A DNA stretch of 64,000 bases from Antedon mediterranea (GCF_964355755.1 NC_092676.1:13254771-13318770), one strand, 5' to 3'; shown: positions 1-15,000, counted from the first letter of the stretch. Numbers and translations: made by a program. The notes: a model not told the origin generated them from the sequence alone.

Positions 1-3000
1 ATTTAGAGACGTTTTAGACCATTTTGTGCATTTCGATAAAACTTTTCACACAAAAACATCAAATTGCACAAAATAGCTTAATACCGTGTTTGAAATCGTT
101 TTAAACCATTTTGAGCATGTCGATAAAACTTTTCACAAAAAAACATCAAAGTGCACAGAATAGCTTCAAATCGCATTTGGAGACGTTTTAAACCATTTTG
201 AGCATTTCGATAAAACTTTTCACACAAAAACATCAAAGTGTACAAAATAGCTTCAAATCGCATTTAGAGAGGTTTTAGACCATTTTGTGCATTTCGATAA
301 GACTTTTCACACAAAAACATCAAATTGCACAAAATAGCTTAATATCGTGTTTGAAAACGTTTTAAACCATTTTGAGCATGTCGATAAAACTTTTCACACA
401 AAAATATCAAAGTGCACAGAATATCTTCAAATCGCATTTAGAGACGTTTTAGACCATTTTGTGCATTTCGAAAAAATTTGTTAACATAAAAAGACCAAAG
501 TGTTTAGAATATCTCCAAATCGCATTTGGAGACGTTTTAGACCATTTTGTGCATTTCGATGAAACTTGGTTACACAAAAACATCAAAGTGCTTAAAATCA
601 CATTTGAAACCGTTTTAGACCATTTTGAGCATTTCGATAAAACTTTTCACACAAAAAAATCAAAGTGCACAAAATAGCTTCAAATCGCATTTGGAGACGT
701 TTTAGACTATTTTGTGCATTTCGAAAAAATCTGTTAACATAAAAAGACCAAAGTGTTTAGAATATCTCCAAATCGCATTTGGAGACGTTTTAAACCATTA
801 TGTGCATTTCGATGGAACTTGGTTACACAAAAACATCAAAGTGCTTAAAATCACATTTAAAACCGTTTTAGAGCATTTTGAGCATTTCGATAAAACTTTT
901 CACACAAAAACATCAAAGTGTACAAAATAGCTTCAAATCGCATTTAGAGAGGTTTTAGACCATTTTGTGCATTTCGATAAAACTTTTCACACAAAAACAT
1001 CAAAGTGTACAAAATAACTTCAAATCGTATTTAGAGACGTTTTAGACCATTTTGTGCATTTTGATAAAACTTTTCACACAAAAACATCAAATTGCACAAA
1101 ATAGCTTAATATCGTGTTTGAAAACGTTTTAAACCATTTTGAGCATGTCGATAAAACTTTTCACACAAAAATATCAAAGTGCACAGAATATCTTCAAATC
1201 GCATTTAGAGACGTTTTAGACCATTTTGTGCATTCGAAAAAATTTGTTAACATAAAAAGACCAAAGTGTTTAGAATATCTCCAAATCGCATTTGGAGACG
1301 TTTTAGACCATTTTGTGTTTTTCGAAAAAACTTTTCACACAAAAACATCAAAGTGTACAAAATTCCTTCAAATCGCATTTGGAGACGTTTTAGACCATTT
1401 TGTGATTTTCGAAAAACTTTTCACACAAAAACATCAAAGTGTAGAAAATTGCTTCAAATCGCATTTAGAGATGTTTTAGACCATTTTGTGCATTTCGAAA
1501 AAATTTGTTAACATAAAAAGACCAAAGTGTTTATAATATCTCCAAATCGCATTTGGAGACGTTTTAGACCATTTTGTGCATTTCGATGACACTTGGTTAC
1601 ACAAAAACATCAAAGTGCTTAAAATCACATTTAAAACCGTTTTAGAGCGTTTTGAGCATTTCGATAAACTTTTCAAACAAAAACATCCAAGTGTACAAAA
1701 TAGCTTCAAATCGTATTTGGAGACGTTTTAGACCATTTTGTGCGTTTCGATGAATCTTGGTTACATAAAAACATCAAAGTGCTTAAAATCACATTTAAAA
1801 CCGTTTTAGTGCATTTTGAGCATTTCGAAAAAACTTTTCACACAAAAACATCAAAGTGCACAAAATAGCTTCAAATCGCATTTAGAGATGTTTTAGACCA
1901 TTTTGTGCGTTTCGATAAAACTTTTCACACAAAAACATCAAATTGCACAAAATAGCTTCAAATCGCATTTGGAGACGTTTTAGACCATTTTGTGCATTTC
2001 GAAAAAACTTTTTAACATAAAAACACCAAAGTGCTTAGAATAGCTTCAAATCGCATTTGGAGACGTTTTAGACCATTTTGTGCATTTCGATGAAACTTGG
2101 TTACACAAAAACATCAAAGTGCTTAAAATCACATTTGAAACCGTTTTAGAGCATTTTGAGCATTTCGATAAAACTTTTCACACAAAAACATCAAAGTGTA
2201 CAAAATAGCTTCAAATCACATTTGAAACCGTTTTAGACCATTTTGAGCATTTCGATAAAACTTTTCACACAAAAACATCAAAGTGTACAAAATAGCTTCA
2301 AATCACATTTGAAACCGTTTTAGACCATTTTGAGCATTTCGATAAAACTTTTCACACAAAAACATCAAAGTGTACAAAATAGCTTCAAATCGCATTTGGA
2401 GACGTTTTAGACCATTTTGTGCATTTCGATGAAACTTGGTTACACAAAAACATCAAAGTGCTTAAAATTACATTTGAAAGCGTTTTAGAGCATTTTGAGC
2501 ATTTCGATAATACTTTTCACACAAAAACATCAAATTGCACAAAATAGCTTAATATTGTGTTTGAAAACGTTTTAAACCATTTTGAGCATGTCGATAAAAC
2601 TTTTCACACAAAAATATCAAAGTGCACAGAATATCTTCAAATCGCATTTGGAGACGTTTTAGACCATTTTGTGTTTTTCGAAAAAACTTTTCACACAAAA
2701 ACATCAAAGTGCTTAAAATCACATTTAAAACCGTTTTAGAGCATTTTGAGCATTTCGATAAAACTTTTCACACAAAAACATAAAAGTGTACAAAATAGCT
2801 TCAAATCGCATTTAGAGAGGTTTTAGACCATTTTGTGCATTTCGATAAAACTTTTCACACAAAAACATCAAAGTGTACAAAATAGCTTCAAATCGCATTT
2901 AGAGACGTTTTAGACCATTTTGTGCATTTCGATAAAACTTTTCACACAAAAACATCAAATTGCACAAAATAGCTTAATACCGTGTTTGAAATCGTTTTAA

Positions 3001-6000
3001 ACCATTTTGAGCATGTCGATAAAACTTTTCACAAAAAAACATCAAAGTGCACAGAATAGCTTCAAATCGCATTTGGAGACGTTTTAAACCATTTTGAGCA
3101 TTTCGATAAAACTTTTCACACAAAAACATCAAAGTGTACAAAATAGCTTCAAATCGCATTTAGAGAGGTTTTAGACCATTTTGTGCATTTCGATAAGACT
3201 TTTCACACAAAAACATCAAATTGCACAAAATAGCTTAATATCGTGTTTGAAAACGTTTTAAACCATTTTGAGCATGTCGATAAAACTTTTCACACAAAAA
3301 TATCAAAGTGCACAGAATATCTTCAAATCGCATTTAGAGACGTTTTAGACCATTTTGTGCATTTCGAAAAAATTTGTTAACATAAAAAGACCAAAGTGTT
3401 TAGAATATCTCCAAATCGCATTTGGAGACGTTTTAGACCATTTTGTGCATTTCGATGAAACTTGGTTACACAAAAACATCAAAGTGCTTAAAATCACATT
3501 TGAAACCGTTTTAGACCATTTTGAGCGTTTCGATAAAACTTTTCACACAAATAAATCAGAGTGCACAAAATAGCTTCAAATCGCATTTGGAGACGTTTTA
3601 GACTATTTTGTGCATTTCGAAAAAATTTGTTAACATAAAAAGACCAAAGTGTTTAGAATATCTCCAAATCGCATTTGGAGACGTTTTAAACCATTTTGTG
3701 CATTTCGATGGAACTTGGTTACACAAAAACATCAAAGTGCTTAAAATCACATTTAAAACCGTTTTAGAGCATTTTGAGCATTTCGATAAAACTTTTCACA
3801 CAAAAACATCAAAGTGTACAAAATAGCTTCAAATCGCATTTGGAGACGTTTTAGACCATTTTGTGCATTTCGATGAAACTTGGTTACACAAAAACATCAA
3901 AGTGCTTAAAATTACATTTGAAAGCGTTTTAGAGCATTTTGAGCATTTCGATAATACTTTTCACACAAAAACATCAAATTGCACAAAATAGCTTAATATT
4001 GTGTTTGAAAACGTTTTAAACCATTTTGAGCATGTCGATAAAACTTTTCACACAAAAATATCAAAGTGCACAGAATATCTTCAAATCGCATTTGGATACG
4101 TTTTAGACCATTTTGTGTTTTTCGAAAAAACTTTTCACACAAAAACATCAAAGTGCTTAAAATCACATTTAAAACCGTTTTAGAGCATTTTGAGCATTTC
4201 GATAAAACTTTTCACACAAAAACATAAAAGTGTACAAAATAGCTTCAAATCGCATTTAGAGAGGTTTTAGACCATTTTGTGCATTTCGATAAAACTTTTC
4301 ACACAAAAACATCAAAGTGTACAAAGTAGCTTCAAATCGCATTTAGAGACGTTTTAGACCATTTTGTGCATTTCGATAAAACTTTTCACACAAAAACATC
4401 AAATTGCACAAAATAGCTTAATACCGTGTTTGAAATCGTTTTAAACCATTTTGAGCATGTCGATAAAACTTTTCACAAAAAAACATCAAAGTGCACAGAA
4501 TAGCTTCAAATCGCATTTGGAGACGTTTTAAACCATTTTGAGCATTTCGATAAAACTTTTCACACAAAAACATCAAAGTGTACAAAATAGCTTCAAATCG
4601 CATTTAGAGAGGTTTTAGACCATTTTGTGCATTTCGATAAGACTTTTCACACAAAAACATCAAATTGCACAAAATAGCTTAATATCGTGTTTGAAAACGT
4701 TTTAAACCATTTTGAGCATGTCGATAAAACTTTTCACACAAAAATATCAAAGTGCACAGAATATCTTCAAATCGCATTTAGAGACGTTTTAGACCATTTT
4801 GTGCATTTCGAAAAAATTTGTTAACATAAAAAGACCAAAGTGTTTAGAATATCTCCAAATCGCATTTGGAGACGTTTTAGACCATTTTGTGCATTTCGAT
4901 GAAACTTGGTTACACAAAAACATCAAAGTGCTTAAAATCACATTTGAAACCGTTTTAGACCATTTTGAGCGTTTCGATAAAACTTTTCACACAAATAAAT
5001 CAGAGTGCACAAAATAGCTTCAAATCGCATTTGGAGACGTTTTAGACTATTTTGTGCATTTCGAAAAAATTTGTTAACATAAAAAGACCAAAGTGTTTAG
5101 AATATCTCCAAATCGCATTTGGAGACGTTTTAAACCATTTTGTGCATTTCGATGGAACTTGGTTACACAAAAACATCAAAGTGCTTAAAATCACATTTAA
5201 AACCGTTTTAGAGCATTTTGAGCATTTCGATAAAACTTTTCACACAAAAACATCAAAGTCTACAAAATAGCTTCAAATCGCATTTAGAGAGGTTTTAGAC
5301 CATTTTGTGCATTTCGATAAAACTTTTCACACAAAAACATCAAAGTGTACAAAATCGCTTCAAATCGCATTTAGAGACGTTTTAGACCATTTTGTGCATT
5401 TCGATAAAACTTTTCACACAAAAACATAAAATTGCACAAAATAGCTTAATACCGTGTTTGAAATCGTTTTAAACCATTTTGAGCATGTCGATAAAACTTT
5501 TCACAAAAAAACATCAAAGTGCACAGAATAGCTTCAAATCGCATTTGGAGACGTTTTAAACCATTTTGTGCATTTCGATAAAACTTTTCACATAAAAACA
5601 ACAAAGTGTACAAAATAGCTTCAAATCGCATTTAGAGACGTTTTAGACCATTTTGGACATTTCGATGAAACTTGGTTACACAAATACATAAAAGTGCTTA
5701 AAATCACATTTCAAACCGTTTTAGAGCATTTTGAGCATTTCGATAAAACTTTTCACACAAAAACATCAAAGTGTACAAAATAGCTTCAAATCGCATTTAG
5801 AGAGGTTTTAGACCATTTTGTGCATTTCGATAAAACTTTTCACACAAAAACATCAAAGTGTACAAAATAACTTCAAATCGTATTTAGAGACGTTTTAGAC
5901 CATTTTGTGCATTTTGATAAAACTTTTCACACAAAAACATCAAATTGCACAAAATAGCTTAATATCGTGTTTGAAAACGTTTTAAACCATTTTGAGCATG

Positions 6001-9000
6001 TCGATAAAACTTTTCACACAAAAATATCAAAGTGCACAGAATATCTTCAAATCGCATTTGGAGACGTTTTAGACCATTTTGTGTTTTTCGAAAAAACTTT
6101 TCACACAAAAACATCAAAGTGTACAAAATTGCTTCAAATCGCATTTGGAGACGTTTTAGACCATTTTGTGATTTTCGAAAAACTTTTCACACAAAAACAT
6201 CAAAGTGTAGAAAATTGCTTCAAATCGCAAAAAAAATGTTTTGAGAGATGTTTTAGAACAATTTTGTGCATTTAGAAAAAATTTGTTAACATAAAAAGAC
6301 CAAAGTGTTTAGAATATCTCCAAATCGCATTTGGAGACGTTTTAGACCATTTTGTGCATTTCGAAAAAATTTGTTAACATAAAAAGACCAAAGTGTTTAG
6401 AATATCTCCAAATCGCATTTGGAGACGTTTTAGACCATTTTGTGCATTTCGATGAAACTTGGTTACACAAAAACATCAAAGTGCTTAAAATCACATTTAA
6501 AACCGTTTTAGAGCGTTTTGAGCATTTCGATAAACTTTTCACACAAAAACATCAAAGTGCACAAAATAGCTTCAAATCGCATTTAGAGATGTTTTAGACC
6601 ATTTTGTGCATTTCGATAAAACTTTTCACACAAAAACATCAAATTGCACAAAATAGCTTAATATCGTGTTTGAAATCGTTTTAAACCATTTTGAGCATGT
6701 CGATAAAACTTTTCACACAAAAACATCAAAGTGCACAGAATATCTTCAAATCGCATTTAGAGACGTTTGAGACCATTTTGTGCATTTCGAAAAAATTTGT
6801 TAACATAAAAAGACCAAAGTGTTTAGAATATCTCCAAATCGCATTTGGAGACGTTTTAGACCATTTTGTGCATTTCGATGAAACTTGGTTACACAAAAAC
6901 ATCAAAGTGCTTAAAATCACATTTGAAACCGTTTTAGAGCATTTTGAGCATTTCGATAAAACTTTTCACACAAAAACATCAAAGTGTACAAAATAGCTTC
7001 AAATCACATTTGAAACCGTTTTAGACCATTTTGAGCATTTCGATAAAACTTTTCACACAAAAACATCAAAGTGTACAAAATAGCTTCAAATCGCATTTGG
7101 AGACGTTTTAGACCATTTTGTGCATTTCGATGAAACTTGGTTACACAAAAACATCAAAGTGCTTAAAATCACATTTGAAACCGTTTTAGAGCATTTTTAG
7201 CATTTCGATAATACTTTTCACACAAAAACATCAAAGTGTACAAAATAGCTTCAAATCGCATTTGGAGACGTTTTAGACCATTTTGTGCATTTCGATGAAA
7301 CTTGGTTACACAAAAACATCAAAGTGCTTAAAATCACATTTGAAACCGTTTTAGACCATTTTGAGCATTTCGATAAAACTTTTCACACAAAAAAATCAAA
7401 GTGCACAAAATAGCTTCAAATCGCATTTGGAGACGTTTTAGACTATTTTGTGCATTTCGAAAAAATTTGTTAACATAAAAAGACCAAAGTGTTTAGAATA
7501 TCTCCAAATCGCATTTGGAGACGTTTTAAACCATTTTGTGCATTTCGATGGAACTTGGTTACACAAAAACATCAAAGTGCTTAAAATCACATTTGAAACC
7601 GTTTTAGAGCATTTTGAGCATTTCGATAAAACTTTTCACACAAAAACATCAAAGTGCTTAGAATAGCTTCAAATCGCATTTGGAGACGTTTTAGACCATT
7701 TTGTGCATTTCGATGAAACTTGGTTACACAAAAACATCAAAGTGCTTAAAATCACATTTGAAACCGTTTTAGAGCATTTTGAGCATTTCGATAAAACTTT
7801 TCACACAAAAACATCAAAGTGTACAAAATAGCTTCAAATCACATTTGAAACCGTTTTAGACCATTTTGAGCATTTCGATAAAACTTTTCACACAAAAACA
7901 TCAAAGTGTACAAAATAGCTTCAAATCGCATTTGGAGACGTTTTAGACCATTTTGTGCATTTCGATGAAACTTGGTTACACAAAAACATCAAAGTGCTTA
8001 AAATTACATTTGAAAGCGTTTTAGAGCATTTTGAGCATTTCGATAATACTTTTCACACAAAAACATCAAAGTGTACAAAATAGCTTCAAATCGCATTTGG
8101 AGACGTTTTAGACCATTTTGTGCATTTCGATGAAACTTGGTTACACAAAAACATCAAAGTGCTTAAAATCACATTTGAAACCGTTTTAGACCATTTTGAG
8201 CGTTTCGATAAAACTTTTCACACAAATAAATCAGAGTACACAAAATAGCTTCAAATCGCATTTGGAGACGTTTTAGACTATTTTGTGCATTTTGAAAAAA
8301 TTTGTTAACATAAAAAGACCAAAGTGTTTAGAATATCTCCAAATCGCATTTGGAGACGTTTTAAACCTTTTTGTGCATTTCGATGGAACTTGGTTACACA
8401 AAAACATCAAAGTGCTTAAAATCACATTTAAAACCGTTTTAGAGCATTTTGAGCATTTCGATAAAACTTTTCACACAAAAACATAAAAGTGTACAAAATA
8501 GCTTCAAATCGCATTTAGAGAGGTTTTAGACCATTTTGTGCATTTTGATAAAACTTTTCACACAAAAACATCAAATTGCACAAAATAGCTTAATACCGTG
8601 TTTGAAATCGTTTTAAACCATTTTGAGCATGTCGATAAAACTTTTCACAAAAAAACATCAAAGTGCACAGCATAGCTTCAAATCGCATTTGGAGACGTTT
8701 TAAACAATTTTGTGCATTTCGATAAAACTTTTCACATAAAAACATCAAAGTGTACAAAATAGCTTCAAATCGCATTTAGAGACGTTTTAGACCATTTTGG
8801 GCATTTCGATGAAACTTGGTTACACAAATACATAAAAGTGCTTAAAATCACATTTAAAACCGTTTTAGAGCATTTTGAGCATTTCGATAAAACTTTTCAC
8901 ACAAAAACATCAAAGTGTACAAAATAGCTTCAAATCACATTTGAAACCGTTTTAGACCATTTTGAGCATTTCGATAAAACTTTTCACACAAAAACATCAA

Positions 9001-12000
9001 AGTGTACAAAATAGCTTCAAATCGCATTTAGAGAGGTTTTAGACCATTTTGTGCATTTCGATAAAACTTTTCACACAAAAACATCAAAGTGTACAAAATA
9101 GCTTCAAATCGCATTTAGAGACGTTTTAGACCATTTTGTGCATTTCGATAAAACTTTTCACACAAAAACATCAAATTGCACAAAATAGCTTAATACCGTG
9201 TTTGAAATCGTTTTAAACCATTTTGAGCATGTCGATAAAACTTTTCACAAAAAAACATCAAAGTGCACAGAATAGCTTCAAATCGCATTTGGAGACGTTT
9301 TAAACCATTTTGAGCATTTCGATAAAACTTTTCACACAAAAACATCAAAGTGTACAAAATAGCTTCAAATCGCATTTAGAGAGGTTTTAGACCATTTTGT
9401 GCATTTCGATAAGACTTTTCACACAAAAACATCAAATTGCACAAAATAGCTTAATATCGTGTTTGAAAACGTTTTAAACCATTTTGAGCATGTCGATAAA
9501 ACTTTTCACACAAAAATATCAAAGTGCACAGAATATCTTCAAATCGCATTTAGAGACGTTTTAGACCATTTTGTGCATTTCGAAAAAATTTGTTAACATA
9601 AAAAGACCAAAGTGTTTAGAATATCTCCAAATCGCATTTGGAGACGTTTTAGACCATTTTGTGCATTTCGATGAAACTTGGTTACACAAAAACATCAAAG
9701 TGCTTAAAATCACATTTAAAACCGTTTTAGAGCGTTTTGAGCATTTCGATAAACTTTTCACACAAAAACATCAAAGTGCACAAAATAGCTTCAAATCGCA
9801 TTTACAGATGTTTTAGACCATTTTGTGCATTTCGATAAAACTTTTCACACAAAAACATCAAATTGCACAAAATAGCTTAATATCGTGTTTGAAATCGTTT
9901 TAAACCATTTTGAGCATGTCGATAAAACTTTTCACACAAAAACATCAAAGTGCACAGAATATCTTCAAATCGCATTTGGAGACGTTTTAGACCATTTTGT
10001 GCATTTCGATGAAACTTGGTTACACAAAAACATCAAAGTGCTTAAAATCACATTTGAAACCGTTTTAGAGCATTTTGAGCATTTCGATAAAACTTTTCAC
10101 ACAAAAACATCAAAGTGTACAAAATAGCTTCAAATCACATTTGAAACCGTTTTAGACCATTTTGAGCATTTCGATAAAACTTTTCACACAAAAACATCAA
10201 AGTGTACAAAATAGCTTCAAATCGCATTTGGAGACGTTTTAGACCATTTTGTGCATTTCGATGAAACTTGGTTACACAAAAACATCAAAGTGCTTAAAAT
10301 CACATTTGAAACCGTTTTAGAGCATTTTTAGCATTTCAATAATACTTTTCACACAAAAACATCAAAGTGTACAAAATAGCTTCAAATCGCATTTGGAGAC
10401 GTTTTAGACCATTTTGTGCATTTCGATGAAACTTGGTTACACAAAAACATCAAAGTGCTTAAAATCACATTTGAAACCGTTTTAGACCATTTTGAGCATT
10501 TCGATAAAACTTTTCACACAAAAAAATCAAAGTGCACAAAATAGCTTCAAATCGCATTTGGAGACGTTTTAGACTATTTTGTGCATTTCGAAAAAATCTG
10601 TTAACATAAAAAGACCAAAGTGTTTAGAATATCTCCAAATCGCATTTGGAGACGTTTTAAACCATTATGTGCATTTCGATGGAACTTGGTTACACAAAAA
10701 CATCAAAGTGCTTAAAATCACATTTAAAACCGTTTTAGAGCATTTTGAGCATTTCGATAAAACTTTTCACACAAAAACATCAAAGTGTACAAAATAGCTT
10801 CAAATCGCATTTAGAGAGGTTTTAGACCATTTTGTGCATTTCGATAAAACTTTTCACACAAAAACATCAAAGTGTACAAAATAACTTCAAATCGTATTTA
10901 GAGACGTTTTAGACCATTTTGTGCATTTTGATAAAACTTTTCACACAAAAACATCAAATTGCACAAAATAGCTTAATATCGTGTTTGAAAACGTTTTAAA
11001 CCATTTTGAGCATGTCGATAAAACTTTTCACACAAAAATATCAAAGTGCACAGAATATCTTCAAATCGCATTTAGAGACGTTTTAGACCATTTTGTGCAT
11101 TCGAAAAAATTTGTTAACATAAAAAGACCAAAGTGTTTAGAATATCTCCAAATCGCATTTGGAGACGTTTTAGACCATTTTGTGTTTTTCGAAAAAACTT
11201 TTCACACAAAAACATCAAAGTGTACAAAATTCCTTCAAATCGCATTTGGAGACGTTTTAGACCATTTTGTGATTTTCGAAAAACTTTTCACACAAAAACA
11301 TCAAAGTGTAGAAAATTGCTTCAAATCGCATTTAGAGATGTTTTAGACCATTTTGTGCATTTCGAAAAAATTTGTTAACATAAAAAGACCAAAGTGTTTA
11401 GAATATCTCCAAATCGCATTTGGAGACGTTTTAGACCATTTTGTGCATTTCGATGAAACTTGGTTACACAAAAACATCAAAGTGCTTAAAATCATATTTA
11501 AAACCGTTTTAGAGCGTTTTGAGCATTTCGATAAACTTTTCACACAAAAACATCAAAGTGCACAAAATAGCTTCAAATCGCATTTAGAGATGTTTTAGAC
11601 CATTTTGTGCATTTCGATAAAACTTTTCACACAAAAACATCAAATTGCACAAAATAGCTTAATATCGTGTTTGAAATCGTTTTAAACCATTTTGAGCATG
11701 TCGATAAAACTTTTCACACAAAAACATCAAAGTGCACAGAATATCTTCAAATCGCATTTAGAGACGTTTGAGACCATTTTGTGCATTTCGAAAAAATTTG
11801 TTAACATAAAAAGACCAAAGTGTTTAGAATATCTCCAAATCGCATTTGGAGACGTTTTAGACCATTTTGTGCATTTCGATGAAACTTGGTTACACAAAAA
11901 CATCAAAGTGCTTAAAATCACATTTGAAACCGTTTTAGAGCATTTTGAGCATTTCGATAAAACTTTTCACACAAAAACATCAAAGTGTACAAAATAGCTT

Positions 12001-15000
12001 CAAATCACATTTGAAACCGTTTTAGACCATTTTGAGCATTTCGATAAAACTTTTCACACAAAAACATCAAAGTGTACAAAATAGCTTCAAATCGCATTTG
12101 GAGACGTTTTAGACCATTTTGTGCATTTCGATGAAACTTGGTTACACAAAAACATCAAAGTGCTTAAAATCACATTTGAAACCGTTTTAGAGCATTTTTA
12201 GCATTTCGATAATACTTTTCACACAAAAACATCAAAGTGTACAAAATAGCTTCAAATCGCATTTGGAGACGTTTTAGACCATTTTGTGCATTTCGATGAA
12301 ACTTGGTTACACAAAAACATCAAAGTGCTTAAAATCACATTTGAAACCGTTTTAGACCATTTTGAGCATTTCGATAAAACTTTTCACACAAAAAAATCAA
12401 AGTGCACAAAATAGCTTCAAATCGCATTTGGAGACGTTTTAGACTATTTTGTGCATTTCGAAAAAATTTGTTAACATAAAAAGACCAAAGTGTTTAGAAT
12501 ATCTCCAAATCGCATTTGGAGACGTTTTAAACCATTTTGTGCATTTCGATGGAACTTGGTTACACAAAAACATCAAAGTGCTTAAAATCACATTTAAAAC
12601 CGTTTTAGAGCATTTTGAGCATTTCGATAAAACTTTTCACACAAAAACATCAAAGTGTACAAAATAGCTTCAAATCGCATTTAGAGAGGTTTTAGACCAT
12701 TTTGTGCATTTCAATAAAACTTTTCACACAAAAACATCAAAGTGTACAAAATAGCTTCAAATCGCATTTGGAGACGTTTTAGACCATTTTGTGCATTTCG
12801 ATGAAACTTGGTTACACAAAAACATCAAAGTGCTTAAAATTACATTTGAAAGCGTTTTAGAGCATTTTGAGCATTTCGATAATACTTTTCACACAAAAAC
12901 ATCAAAGTGTACAAAATAGCTTCAAATCGCATTTGGAGACGTTTTAGACCATTTTGTGCATTTCGATGAAACTTGGTTACACAAAAACATCAAAGTGCTT
13001 AAAATCACATTTGAAACCGTTTTAGACCATTTTGAGCGTTTCGATAAAACTTTTCACACAAAAACATCAAAGTGCACAAAATAGCTTCAAATCGCATTTG
13101 GAGACGTTTTAGACTATTTTGTGCATTTCGAAAAAATTTGTTAACATAAAAAGACCAAAGTGTTTAGAATATCTCCAAATCGCATTTGGAGACGTTTTAA
13201 ACCATTTTGTGCATTTCGATGGAACTTGGTTACACAAAAACATCAAAGTGCTTAAAATCACATTTAAAACCGTTTTAGAGCATTATGAGCATTTCGATAA
13301 AACTTTTCACACAAAGACATCAAAGTGTACAAAATAGCTTCAAATCGCATTTAGAGAGGTTTTAGACCATTTTGTGCATTTCGATAAAACTTTTCACACA
13401 AAAACATCAAAGTGTACAAAATAACTTCAAATCGTATTTAGAGACGTTTTAGACCATTTTGTGCATTTTGATAAAACTTTTCACACAAAAACATCAAATT
13501 GCACAAAATAGCTTAATATCGTGTTTGAAAACGTTTTAAACCATTTTGAGCATGTCGATAAAACTTTTCACACAAAAACATCAAATTGCACAAAATAGCT
13601 TAATATCGTGTTTGAAAATGTTTTAAACCATTTTGAGCATGTCGATAAAACTTTTCACACAAAAATATCAAAGTGCACAGAATATCTTCAAATCGCATTT
13701 AGAGACGTTTTAGACCATTTTGTGCATTTCGAAAAAATTTGTTAACATAAAAAGACCAAAGTGTTTAGAATATCTCCAAATCGCATTTGGAGACGTTTTA
13801 GACCATTTTGTGCATTTCAATGAAACTTGGTTACACAAAAACATCAAAGTGCTTAAAATCACATTTGAAACCGTTTTAGAGCATTTTTAGCATTTCGATA
13901 ATACTTTTCACACAAAAACATCAAAGTGTACAAAATAGCTTCAAATCGCATTTGGAGACGTTTTAGACCATTTTGTGCATTTCGATGAAACTTGGTTACA
14001 CAAAAACATCAAAGTGCTTAAAATCACATTTGAAACCGTTTTAGACCATTTTGAGCATTTCGATAAAACTTTTCACACAAAAAAATCAAAGTGCACAAAA
14101 TAGCTTCAAATCGCATTTGGAGACGTTTTAGACTATTTTGTGCATTTCGAAAAAATTTGTTAACATAAAAAGACCAAAGTGTTTAGAATAACTCCAAATC
14201 GCATTTGGAGACGTTTTAAACCATTTTGTGCATTTCGATGGAACTTGGTTACACAAAAACATCAAAGTGCTTAAAATCACATTTAAAACCGTTTTAGAGC
14301 ATTTTGAGCATTTCGATAAAACTTTTCACACAAAAACATCAAAGTGTACAAAATAGCTTCAAATCGCATTTAGAGAGGTTTTAGACCATTTTGTGCATTT
14401 CGATAAAACTTTTCACACAAAAACATCAAAGTGTACAAAATAGCTTCAAATCGCATTTAGAGACGTTTTAGACCATTTTGTGCATTTCGATAAAACTTTT
14501 CACACAAAAACATCAAATTGCACAAAATAGCTTAATACCGTGTTTGAAATCGTTTTAAACCATTTTGAGCATGTCGATAAAACTTTTCACAAAAAAACAT
14601 CAAAGTGCACAGAATAGCTTCAAATCGCATTTGGAGACGTTTTAAACCATTTTGAGCATTTCGATAAAACTTTTCACACAAAAACATCAAAGTGTACAAA
14701 ATAGCTTCAAATCGCATTTAGAGAGGTTTTAGACCATTTTGTGCATTTCGATAAAACTTTTCACACAAAAACATCAAATTGCACAAAATAGCTTAATATC
14801 GTGTTTGAAAACGTTTTAAACCATTTTGAGCATGTCGATAAAACTTTTCACACAAAAATATCAAAGTGCACAGAATATCTTCAAATCGCATTTAGAGACG
14901 TTTTAGACCATTTTGTGCATTTCGAAAAAATTTGTTAACATAAAAAGACCAAAGTGTTTAGAATATCTCCAAATCGCATTTGGAGACGTTTTAGACCATT

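Noticed and set aside
31-47. CENP-B box-like motif (TTTCGATAAAAC...)
   Set aside because: Matches TTCG....A but lacks the essential CGGG half.
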